Shown here: one piece after another, positions 19,212-27,260 of the stretch
Numbering within the stretch: the stretch's first letter is position 1
How the letters are laid out: the number at the start of each line of letters is the position of its first letter
Source of the DNA: Planctomycetota bacterium
Lineage (GTDB): Bacteria > Planctomycetota > PLA2 > JAEUHO01
Length of the DNA: 64,000 nucleotides
Assembly (NCBI GenBank): GCA_050248855.1
Contig: JBFWRP010000004.1
Location: forward strand, 1 to 64,000
Direction of reading: 5' to 3'
Translations under genes and position numbers: made by a program
The notes under the pieces: model-generated
Told to the model about the DNA's origin: nothing
Database searches by the model: none
What the model saw: the letters and a program-made list of their open reading frames with translations, nothing else

Positions 19212-20728
19212 CAGCGCTCGTCTCCGCTCCCCGTGTTGACGGCTTGGCCGGGAGCCAGGTCGGGCGCCGGATGACGCACGACGACGTCGCCCTCGTCCAG
19301 GCCCTTCGTGATCTCGACGCGCGCGCCGCTACGCCGCCCCGTCTCCACGCGACGCCGCTCCAGGCGACCGTCGACCACCACCCAGACGGAGGTGTCGGCG
19401 CCGCGGCCGAACAGCGCGTCCGCGGGCACGCCCAGGAAGGGCGCCTCGACGTCGGGCGCGGCGGCCTCGGCGTGGAAGACGACGCGGGCCGCCATGTCGG
19501 GGCGCACGTACGAGGGGCGTTCGTCGAAGGCCACGCGCACCTCGATGGTCCCCTTGCTGCGGTCGGCCCGCGGCCAGACCTGGCGGACGTGACCGGGCCA
19601 GCCCCGATCGGGCTCTGCGTCCAGGAAGATGCTGACGCGGGCTTCGTCGCGCACGGAGAGGATGCGGCGCTCGCTGAGCTCCACCTGGATGCAGAAGGAC
19701 TCGGGATCCACGATCGTGAAGACGCTGCCGCGCGAGTTGCCCGCGCCCATGGGCGCCAGCACCTCGCCGACCTCCGCGTCCTTGCGGATCACCAGCCCCG
19801 TGAACGGCGCGCGGATGTTGGCCTTGTCGAGCTGGACCGTGGCCGTGGCCAGGGCACGGGCCGCGCGCTCGGCCTCGCGGGTCGCCACCAGGGCGGCGGC
19901 CTCGGCTTCGGCCACGCGGGCGCGCGCCGTGGTCACTGCGGCCTCGCGTGCCGCGACATCCTGCTCCCAGACGTGGAGCTCGGCTTCGCGCGCCTCGGCG
20001 GCGTGACGCGCGGCCGCGACGGCCGCTTCGGCTTCGCGCGCCTGCGTGACCAGGGCGTCGAACGCCGAGCCGTCCAGGCGCCCGGCCTCGAACAGCGGCC
20101 GCTGCCGCTCGACCTCGCGCTGGGCCCGGCCGGCAGCCTCCTCCCGGCGCACGACCTCGGCCACGTCCGCGTCCCAGGCGGCCCGCAGGCGGGCCCCTTG
20201 GGCGCGGACGGCGAGGAGCTCGGCCTCGGCCTGCGCGGCGGCGCTCCGGCTCGTGGCGGTGGTCGAGGCGGCCTGCGCGGCCGCGGCCTCGGCCGTGGCG
20301 TGTCCGGCACGGGCCTCGTCGCGCAGGGCCTCGAGGTCCTCGGCGAAGATGCGGGCCACGACGGACTCGGCCTCGACCTCATCGCCCACGTCCGCCGCCA
20401 AGTGCACGAGACGGCCGCTGAGCGGCGTGGCAAGCGACGCCATGCGATCGGCCACCACGTAGCCGTTGGCGGTCACGTCGCCCGGGCCCGGACCCTGGCC
20501 GGTGGTCCGCTCCGCGCGACCGACCTGGACCGTCCGGGGGCCGGACTCGTCGAGCCAGCCGAGCAGCGGCCCGCGCGCAAGCCAGAGGACTCCCGCCACG
20601 CCGAGCAGGAGCATCACGCGCAGCCACGGGATGCCGCGGGCTCGGGCGCGGCGACCCACGGGCCCGCGGTCGATGCGCAGCCGACCCAGGTCAGGCACGT
20701 CGGGCGAGGAGGGGGCGGAGCGTGACAC
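19211..20728 (-). CDS. Efflux periplasmic adaptor (HlyD/MacA family) with very long alpha-helical hairpin
   Basis: N-terminal TM, ANGYVVADR, IRAPFTGLVI, PRADRSKGTIEVRVAF, RPDMAARV, VEITKGLDEGDVVV. Confidence 0.9.
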
Positions 20729-20779
20729 GGCGAGGGGATCTACGCGTCCCGGGCGCGGCCGGGCTGCGGCAGGAACGGG

Positions 20780-20908
20780 CTAGTCGCGACGCGTGTCCTG
20801 GCGCTTGGACATGCGCGTCATCGTGTGGCGCATGCCATTGCCGCGCCGGCCGGGCTTCACCTTCCCCTTGCGGCTGCCGCCGCGGGTGTGCTTCTGGGCC
20901 TTCGGCAT
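20780..20908 (-). CDS. Small very basic protein, 42 aa (MPKAQKHTRGGSRKGKVKPGRRGNGMRHTMTRMSKRQDTRRD)
   Basis: GGAGGA SD 4 nt before ATG and TAACGT -10-like element at 20932-20937. Fills the gap between the adaptor gene and chaN. 15 of 42 residues are K/R. Confidence 0.65.
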   Translation of the reverse strand: MPKAQKHTRGGSRKGKVKPGRRGNGMRHTMTRMSKRQDTRRD

Positions 20909-21007
20909 GACGTCCTCCAAGTGAACCCGGGACGTTACCCCGCGCGCAGGAACCGGGCGATCCGATTTCGGGGCGGGCCGGGGGCCCCGCCTGCCATCCT
21001 CCGGGCC

Positions 21008-22000
21008 ATGCAGCCCCTTGTTCGCCCCGCCCTCGTCCTGGTGGCCGTGGCCGCCTGCTTGCTGGCAGGATGCGCACGCAGTCGTTGTTGCGCGCGCTCC
21101 TGGCGCCCGCCGGCGGCCCCTCCCGGGGTGCCCGTCGCACCCGCCGTGGTCAGCGAGCCGCCGACCCCGCAGGCCCCCCTGCCCGCCGAGGCCGCTTGGA
21201 ACGCCGACGGCTCGCCGACCACGCTGGACGCCACCGTGGCCCGCTTCCTCGCCGACGACGCCGACATCGTCGTGTTCGGGGAGCTGCACGGGCACGAGGT
21301 GGGCGCCGCCTGGGAGCTGGGGCTGCTCGAGGGACTCGCCGCCGGCGAGCGCCCGGTCGCCTTGGCCATGGAGTTCCTGGAGCGGGACGTGCAACCGGCC
21401 GTGGACGCCTGGCTTGCGGGCGAGATGGACGACGACGCGTTCGTGAAGGCGGCTCGCCAGGGATCGGCCTACGCCACCACCCACGGGCCGCTGATGCGGT
21501 TCGCCAAGGAGCACGGCCTCCCCGTGGTCGCCGCCAACGCACCGCGGCTGCTCGTGACCCGCTTCCGCAAGGCCGACGAGGCCTACGCCGCGTGGCTCGA
21601 GACGCTCGAGCCCGAGGAGCGCGCCACGCTGCCCCGCAGCTGCGAGCTGCTCGACGACGCCTACCGCGCCAAGTTCGTCGCGTTCATGGGGCCGCAGCGC
21701 GGGCCCACCTTCTTCCGCGCCCAGTCGCTCTGGGACGACGCGATGGCCGAGGCCCTGGCCGACTTCCGGGCCCGGCATCCGGAACACCGGGTGCTCTTCG
21801 TGGTCGGGGCGTTCCACGTCACCGACGGCCTGGGGACGATCACCAAGCTCCGGGCACGCCGACCCGACGATGTCGTCCGCAGCATCGTGATGGACCACGT
21901 CGAGAACACGCGCACGCCGCCGGCACCCGCGAGCCGCTCGCGGGGCGACGTCCTGCTGGACGTTCCCGCGCCCAAGCGGGCCCACGGCAAGGCCTCCTAG
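21008..22000 (+). CDS. ChaN-family lipoprotein (heme-uptake/Tiki superfamily)
   Basis: Lipobox LLAGC. ADIVVFGELHG, LAMEFLERDVQPAVDAWLAG, PVVAANAPR, AQSLWDDAMA, VVGAFHV. Confidence 0.88.
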   Translation: MQPLVRPALVLVAVAACLLAGCARSRCCARSWRPPAAPPGVPVAPAVVSEPPTPQAPLPAEAAWNADGSPTTLDATVARFLADDADIVVFGELHGHEVGAAWELGLLEGLAAGERPVALAMEFLERDVQPAVDAWLAGEMDDDAFVKAARQGSAYATTHGPLMRFAKEHGLPVVAANAPRLLVTRFRKADEAYAAWLETLEPEERATLPRSCELLDDAYRAKFVAFMGPQRGPTFFRAQSLWDDAMAEALADFRARHPEHRVLFVVGAFHVTDGLGTITKLRARRPDDVVRSIVMDHVENTRTPPAPASRSRGDVLLDVPAPKRAHGKAS

Positions 22001-22026
22001 CAGGCTCCGATCGGGGTGTGGGCGGC

Positions 22027-22055
22027 TTGACCCGCTGTGCGGGCGCCCCTACCGT
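22027..22055 (+). promoter_or_regulatory. Sigma70-type promoter for the tRNA
   Basis: TTGACC (22027-22032), 17 nt spacer, TACCGT (22050-22055), about 21 nt upstream of the tRNA. Confidence 0.7.
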
Positions 22056-22076
22056 TCCCCCCTTGCTGTCGATCCT

Positions 22077-22153
22077 GGCGGGATAGCTCAGTCGGTTAGA
22101 GCACAGGCTTCATAAGCCTGGGGTCGTCGGTTCAAGTCCGACTCCCGCTACCA
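22077..22153 (+). tRNA. tRNA-Met(CAT), most likely elongator
   Basis: Cloverleaf: acceptor GGCGGGA/TCCCGCT, D-arm TAGCTCAGTCGGTTAGAGC, anticodon arm CAGGC-TTCATAA-GCCTG, T-arm GTCGGTTCAAGTCCGAC, encoded CCA. Confidence 0.93.
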
Positions 22154-22197
22154 CCCCCCCACCGGGTCAACGGGTCCGCTGGTGCACCCGGAACGAA

Positions 22198-22231
22198 CGA
22201 CGCCGCTCCGGAGCTCTCCGGAGCGGCGTCG
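22198..22231. terminator. Strong hairpin between the convergent tRNA and Cys-rich lipoprotein genes (putative bidirectional terminator)
   Basis: Perfect 15-bp stem cgacgccgctccgga/tccggagcggcgtcg with 4-nt loop; second GC hairpin at 22233-22249. U-tract is weak. Confidence 0.65.
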
Positions 22232-22284
22232 CGGCCCCCCAAGGGGGCCTCTTGGCAAGCTGAAGACCAGCGTCTAGCTGGGGA

Positions 22285-22446
22285 TCAGCAGCCGCAGGGG
22301 TCGCAGGGGTTGCAGCCCGTGTCGCAGCCGCAGTCGTTGCAGCCGCAGCCGAGGCTCGGAAGCTCGGGAAGCGACGGGCCGCAGCCACAGCAGCCAGCGA
22401 AGCCGAGGCCGAGCAGCGCGACCGCGACGAGAAGTGCCTTCTTCAT
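22285..22446 (-). CDS. Small cysteine-rich lipoprotein, 53 aa (MKKALLVAVALLGLGFAGCCGCGPSLPELPSLGCGCNDCGCDTGCNPCDPCGC)
   Basis: Manual translation, below the ORF-track cut-off. AAGGAGG SD 6 nt before ATG; MKK + hydrophobic core + lipobox FAG-C; 11 Cys. Confidence 0.88.
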   Translation of the reverse strand: MKKALLVAVALLGLGFAGCCGCGPSLPELPSLGCGCNDCGCDTGCNPCDPCGC

Positions 22447-22532
22447 GGTCTCCCTCCTTCAGAGGAAATGCAGGATCCTGATGGAAACCCGCCCACGAGG
22501 CGGTTGCACGCCCGCGGGGGCCGCGGTCCGGG

Positions 22533-22949
22533 TCACGGCCGCGGCGTACCGAGATACCACGCCCCCTGCCCGATGGCGACGATCTCTCCGCGGGCGTTCC
22601 GGCACGTGCCCTCGACGTAGGCGATCCGGCGTCCGCGGTGGGTGACGTGGCCCACGGCCTCGAGGTCCTCCCCGGATCGCACCGCCCGGTGGAACTGGAA
22701 GGAGATCTGCGTGGTGCTGCACCACCCGCCCGGGTCCAGGAGACTGTCGACCGCGTGCCCCATGGCGGTGTCGAGCAGGGCCATGGTCACGGAGCCGTGG
22801 ACCACCCCCTGGATGTTGCGGTGGGCGTCCTGGGCACGCAGGCGGCAGCGCACCGTCCCGGCCTCCAGCCGCTCCTCCTCGATGCCCAGGAGCTGGACCA
22901 GCCCGTCCTCGTGGGGAGGGCGCCCCGCGCCCGTCTCGTCGCCGCTCAT
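22533..22949 (-). CDS. PaaI-family hotdog-fold thioesterase
   Basis: HRNIQGVVHGSVTMALLDTAMGHA, TTQISFQFHRAV, HRGRRIAYVEG; ATG at 22949 after GGGAGA. Confidence 0.88.
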   Translation of the reverse strand: MSGDETGAGRPPHEDGLVQLLGIEEERLEAGTVRCRLRAQDAHRNIQGVVHGSVTMALLDTAMGHAVDSLLDPGGWCSTTQISFQFHRAVRSGEDLEAVGHVTHRGRRIAYVEGTCRNARGEIVAIGQGAWYLGTPRP

Positions 22950-23041
22950 GCTGGTCTCCCGGGGCCCCGGGCCCGGTCGCGGGCCCGGTTCCGCGACCCG
23001 CCTGGTGCCCGTCGCGGGGCCCGACCTGCTATCTTGGGGCC

Positions 23042-24436
23042 ATGAAGACGTCCACCTCGTGGTTTCCCAAGCTCCTCTTCTGCGCACTGCTCGCCACCGT
23101 GCTCGGCGTCGCGCTGCCCGGCGGCACCACCACCCAGGCCCTGGCCGAGGACGGTGAGAACGGCGGCAACGGCGACGCGGGCGGCGACGACGGCGACGTC
23201 GCCGACGTGTTCGGCGGCGAGACCACGTTCACGCCGGCCCAGGTCGACACGGCCATCAAGAAGGGCCTGTCCTGGCTCATGAAGAAGCAGGGCCGTGACG
23301 GCAGCTGGGGCGAGATCGAGGGCGACGCGTTCTACGGCGGCGGCGAGGACGACGGTCAGCGTCGCGGCTACGGCCACCCCGCGGGCGCCACCGCGCTGGC
23401 GATCTACACGCTGCTCAAGTGCAAGATCCCGGAGAAGCACGAGAGCGTGAAGAACGGCTTCAAGTTCATCAAGGACAACCGGCACGACGAACCTCGCGGT
23501 GCCTACGAGACGTCCATGCTGCTGCTCGCGCTGACGGCGACAGCCGACCCCTACAAGACCTCGAAGGCCTCCAACAAGGCCGAAGCCGACGACCGCATCA
23601 AGATGAAGGGCAACTACAAGAGCTGGGCCACCAAGCTGGTCAAGCACTTGGAGGAGCAGCGCTTCGCGGGCGCCAAGGGCTGGCGCTACCACATCAACGA
23701 CACGCCCGCGCCGGGTGGTCCCGAAGACCTCTCCAGCACGCAGCTGGCAGCGTTGGCGCTGTTCGCGGCCAACCGCGCAGCGATCCGCGCCGACAAGGAC
23801 ACGTGGGAAGACATCCTGGCCTTCTCGATGGCGCAGCAGGCTGCGGACGGCCCCGAGGTCGAGATCCTGGACCCGGAGAACCGCAGCCAGAAGTACAAGG
23901 CGCGCAGCCGCGGCTTCAGCTACATCAAGTCCGACACGGAAGCGAAGCACAACCTGCCGAGCGGCTCGATGACCGCGTGTGCGCTGGCCAACATCGAGAT
24001 GGCGCGTTACGTCCTGCGCAGCGGCAAGGGCGGCCGCGAGGGCTGGGACAAGAGGCCCGATGCCGCCGACGTGCAGTCCGCCCTCTACGACGGCTTGGCG
24101 TGGATCAACGCCAACTGGAGCGCGTTCGCCAACCCGCAGCCGGGCATGGGCCACGACCAGGGCGGCTACCACATCTACTACCTGTACGCGATCGAGCGCG
24201 CGATGGACCTGTTCGGCCTGCGCCAGATCGACACGCACAACTGGTACAGCGAGATGGGCCAGGAGCTGCTCAACCGCCAGTACGACGACGGTCACTGGGA
24301 CACGGACAGCACGCACAAGCCCAAGGACGTGCTCGACACGTGCTTCGCGCTGCTCTTCCTGAAGCGCGCCACGGGCGGCTCGATCGCCTTCCCGTCCTTC
24401 ACCAACGGTGGCGGACCGGCGGCGGACAATCGCTAG
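23042..24436 (+). CDS. Secreted prenyltransferase/squalene-oxidase-repeat (alpha/alpha toroid) protein
   Basis: Signal peptide ..QALA-ED. AIKKGLSWLMKKQGRDGSW, GATALAIYTLL, DLSSTQLAALAL, SGSMTACALA, YYLYAIER, QYDDGHW..DTCFALLFL. Confidence 0.8.
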   Translation: MKTSTSWFPKLLFCALLATVLGVALPGGTTTQALAEDGENGGNGDAGGDDGDVADVFGGETTFTPAQVDTAIKKGLSWLMKKQGRDGSWGEIEGDAFYGGGEDDGQRRGYGHPAGATALAIYTLLKCKIPEKHESVKNGFKFIKDNRHDEPRGAYETSMLLLALTATADPYKTSKASNKAEADDRIKMKGNYKSWATKLVKHLEEQRFAGAKGWRYHINDTPAPGGPEDLSSTQLAALALFAANRAAIRADKDTWEDILAFSMAQQAADGPEVEILDPENRSQKYKARSRGFSYIKSDTEAKHNLPSGSMTACALANIEMARYVLRSGKGGREGWDKRPDAADVQSALYDGLAWINANWSAFANPQPGMGHDQGGYHIYYLYAIERAMDLFGLRQIDTHNWYSEMGQELLNRQYDDGHWDTDSTHKPKDVLDTCFALLFLKRATGGSIAFPSFTNGGGPAADNR

Positions 24437-24451
24437 CAGCGTCCGCGCGAG

Positions 24452-27190
24452 CTAGCTGCTAGCCAGGGCCTTCAAGGCTTCGAGGTCGCCGGCGAGCTTG
24501 GCGAACTCTTCGGGCGGCATCAGCTTGGCCAGCCGCTCCATGCGCGGGGCCAGGCTCTGCGCGAGCGTCGCATCCTTGGCCTGAAGTGCGTCCCCGAGCG
24601 CCAAGCGCAGCTGCTTGGCCTCTTCGGCGTCGTCCACGGCCTCCGCCGCAAGTCCCGCGGCCTGCAGGCGCAAGGCGGCGCGTTCGCGTGCACGGTTCGC
24701 GGCGGCCGGGGCGGGAATCGCCTCCTCCGCCTGCAGCGCTTCCTTCAGCAGGGCCAAGCGGCGCTCCAGCGCCGGGACGGGGTCCGCCCGCGTCATCCTC
24801 ACGGCCACCGTCGAGGTGAGCGTCCAGGTCGCCGCGCCTCGCGACGCGCCCAGCGCGCGAAGCAGGCGCAGCCGGGTCTCGTCGGTGCTGGAGAGGCCCT
24901 GGACGAACGCAGCGATGTCGCCGTCACGGGCTGCGCGCTGGCCCTCGGGCGCCTCCTCGGCGAAGGCGCCCAGCGCCGCCGCCGTCCACCCAAGCCACGT
25001 CGCCGAGGTCTCCCCCGCCAAGCCGGCCCGGGCAAACAGCGCCGTGCACACGTCCAGGCGTCCCAGCTTGGAGGCCAGACCCCCGACGGCAGCGAGCAGC
25101 TCCGTGGCGTCGTCGGGCGTCGAGCCGAGGAGGCGGATCAACCCCTGGGCGAGGGCGTCCCGCTGGGCGCCGTCCAGCTGCGCCAGGCTCTCGACGAACA
25201 CCGCGACGACCGGCAGGCGCACGGCCTTGGCAAAGCCGGTCTCGTCCGGCGCACCCAACACCTGGATCAGCTGCTCCGCGGCCGGCTTGCGATCGGGCCC
25301 CGGGTCGCCCAAGCGGACCTTGCGCCCGAGCAGGTCCACGGCCAGGAGCGCCTCGTCGGCGCGACCGCTGGCCTCGTCCGCCGGCGGGGTGAGCACGGCG
25401 GCCGCCAGGGCCGCGCTGCTTCGCGCGGCGGAGTAGGCGTCGAGGCTCCGCAGGGCGGCCACGCGCACGGCATGCTCGGGATCGGGCAGGGGAATCGCCG
25501 GCAGGCCGTCGGCGCCACCGGCAGGAGGCCCCAACACCAGGGCGCGCAGCAGCTGGAACGAACGGTCCGCGTGCGGGCCCCTGCTGATGCCGTCCCTGCC
25601 CAACGCCGTGGCGACGGCGACGCGGACCTGGGTCTCCGCGCCCGCCAGGAGCGCTTCGAGGTTGGCGACGTCCATGGTGGGGAAGCGGGGCAGGACCTCG
25701 ATGGCGAACGTGAGCAGCCCGCGGGTCTCCGCACGTCGGCCCTCGTCGCCCTGCGCGGCCTCATGGGCCTTGCGCGCTGCGGCCACCATGTCCAAGCCGT
25801 GCTTCGGGCCCCCGAACGTGGGCACGAGGTTGATCAGCTGGCGGCGCAGCGCGTTGGTGTCGGGCGCGGCCCGCTTGCCGAAGCGGACGACGAGCGCGTC
25901 CGCCAGCTGCGGCCACGGCCCCGTCTCCGCGGCGCCGTTCTCCGGGGCGCTCGGCTTGAGCGTGGCCACCAGGCCGAGGATCCGCTCGATGGCGGGCGGG
26001 TCGACGACATGGAGCACGGCCGCCGCGAAGGCCTTGTCCCAGGCCTTCTCGACGTCCTTGCCCATGGGCGCCGGGCCGTTGGTGACCAGCCGCTTCGCGC
26101 GATCGGCCGCCAGACGCTGCAGGACCTCGTGCCGCGGCAGCCCCGCGGTGGACGCGCTCCAGAAGGGCAACAGCGCCTCGGGGGAGCTGGCCTTGTTGAT
26201 GAGCTCCGTGGCCCAGCCCACGGCCAGCTCCCACGTCTCGTCGGGCAGGCAGCCCGCCGTCGGTCGCTCGGAGGCCTGCCAGGCGGCCATGGCGCGGAGG
26301 TCCCGGTCGAGCAGCATCCGCTCCTCGTCGGTCCAGCCATCCCAGCCCTGGAACGAGTCCAGGCGCCGCATCAGGTCGGCGGTCGCGCCCTCGCCGGCGA
26401 AGAAGGCTCCCACGGACTCGGCGTCCGGAAACGGGACGTCGAGCAGTCGGGAGAAGGCCTCCTGCCACACCGCCGGGTCCGGCATGGGCCCGACCGGCGT
26501 GCGCCAGCGCCGCGCCAGCAGGGCGACGACATCGGGCACGCGGCGGCCTCCGGGTCCACGCCCCTCGCGAGCGAGCGAGTGCACGGCGCTCTCCACGTCC
26601 TCGCGCGTCGATGCGGGGTCCTCGAGCCGCTGCCGCGAGACCTCGAGCAGCCGGTCGTGACCCGGACGGCTGCCGTCCGTCGGATCCGTCAGCAGCTCGG
26701 CCTCGAGGCGCTCGGCGACGAGGTCGTCGCTGCCGACCAGCATCAGCACGCAGGTCTCCAGGTCCCGGCGCAGCGCGGCTCCCACGCGTTCGTCGCGCGG
26801 CAGGTCCTCGAGCACGTGCCGCACCAGGTAGGCGGCCAGCTCGGCCATGCGCGGCGGGCGATCCGGTTGCCGGGCCTCGTCGAGCAAGCCGAGCACGACC
26901 GAGCGGTAGAGCGTGGGGCGGTCGTCGGCGCTGCTCTGGGTCAGGGCCCGGAGCGCCCCCTCCCACTGCCCGCGCGAGGTCGCCGTCCGGAGGGACTCCC
27001 GGATGCGGTCCCCCACCTCGCCGACGCTGTCGGGAGCAGCGAGCGCCGGCGGCGCGAGCCAGGGACCCGATCCCGGCAGGGCCAAGCCCGCCGCCAACAC
27101 GGCGGCACCGAGCAGGACGGCGCGCAGCTCCTGGCGGCGCGACCCCCGCTCGTCCCGGGTGCTCTGGACGGGCTGGGACGGGGGCGTCAC
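24452..27190 (-). CDS. Large exported alpha-helical (HEAT-like) hypothetical protein
   Basis: Probable GTG at 27190 after GAGGA. Signal-like segment AVLLGAAVLAAGLAL..ALA; HEAT-like DPEHAVRVAALRSL and ETQVRVAVATALG. Confidence 0.65.
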   Translation of the reverse strand: MTPPSQPVQSTRDERGSRRQELRAVLLGAAVLAAGLALPGSGPWLAPPALAAPDSVGEVGDRIRESLRTATSRGQWEGALRALTQSSADDRPTLYRSVVLGLLDEARQPDRPPRMAELAAYLVRHVLEDLPRDERVGAALRRDLETCVLMLVGSDDLVAERLEAELLTDPTDGSRPGHDRLLEVSRQRLEDPASTREDVESAVHSLAREGRGPGGRRVPDVVALLARRWRTPVGPMPDPAVWQEAFSRLLDVPFPDAESVGAFFAGEGATADLMRRLDSFQGWDGWTDEERMLLDRDLRAMAAWQASERPTAGCLPDETWELAVGWATELINKASSPEALLPFWSASTAGLPRHEVLQRLAADRAKRLVTNGPAPMGKDVEKAWDKAFAAAVLHVVDPPAIERILGLVATLKPSAPENGAAETGPWPQLADALVVRFGKRAAPDTNALRRQLINLVPTFGGPKHGLDMVAAARKAHEAAQGDEGRRAETRGLLTFAIEVLPRFPTMDVANLEALLAGAETQVRVAVATALGRDGISRGPHADRSFQLLRALVLGPPAGGADGLPAIPLPDPEHAVRVAALRSLDAYSAARSSAALAAAVLTPPADEASGRADEALLAVDLLGRKVRLGDPGPDRKPAAEQLIQVLGAPDETGFAKAVRLPVVAVFVESLAQLDGAQRDALAQGLIRLLGSTPDDATELLAAVGGLASKLGRLDVCTALFARAGLAGETSATWLGWTAAALGAFAEEAPEGQRAARDGDIAAFVQGLSSTDETRLRLLRALGASRGAATWTLTSTVAVRMTRADPVPALERRLALLKEALQAEEAIPAPAAANRARERAALRLQAAGLAAEAVDDAEEAKQLRLALGDALQAKDATLAQSLAPRMERLAKLMPPEEFAKLAGDLEALKALASS

Positions 27191-27260
27191 GGGCAGCAGG
27201 TTCCTCGTTGCGGCCCCGACAGAGGCAAGCAGGCGGAGTCTACGAGTCCCCCAGGCACCG

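Noticed and set aside
22077..22153. Initiator tRNA-fMet or tRNA-Ile2 identity
   Set aside because: Lacks the C1:A72 mismatch and the three G-C pairs in the anticodon stem of fMet. The GGCGGG acceptor fits elongator Met better, although Ile2 is not strictly excluded.
22230..22287. Sec read-through of the TGA ending the Cys-rich lipoprotein (..CGC*)
   Set aside because: Downstream codons lose the pattern and run into terminator-like hairpins. The nearby small stem-loop is too close and lacks a G-first loop.
22077..22300. tRNA as an integration site or island border
   Set aside because: No integrase, no duplicated tRNA 3' end seen, and no evident compositional shift.
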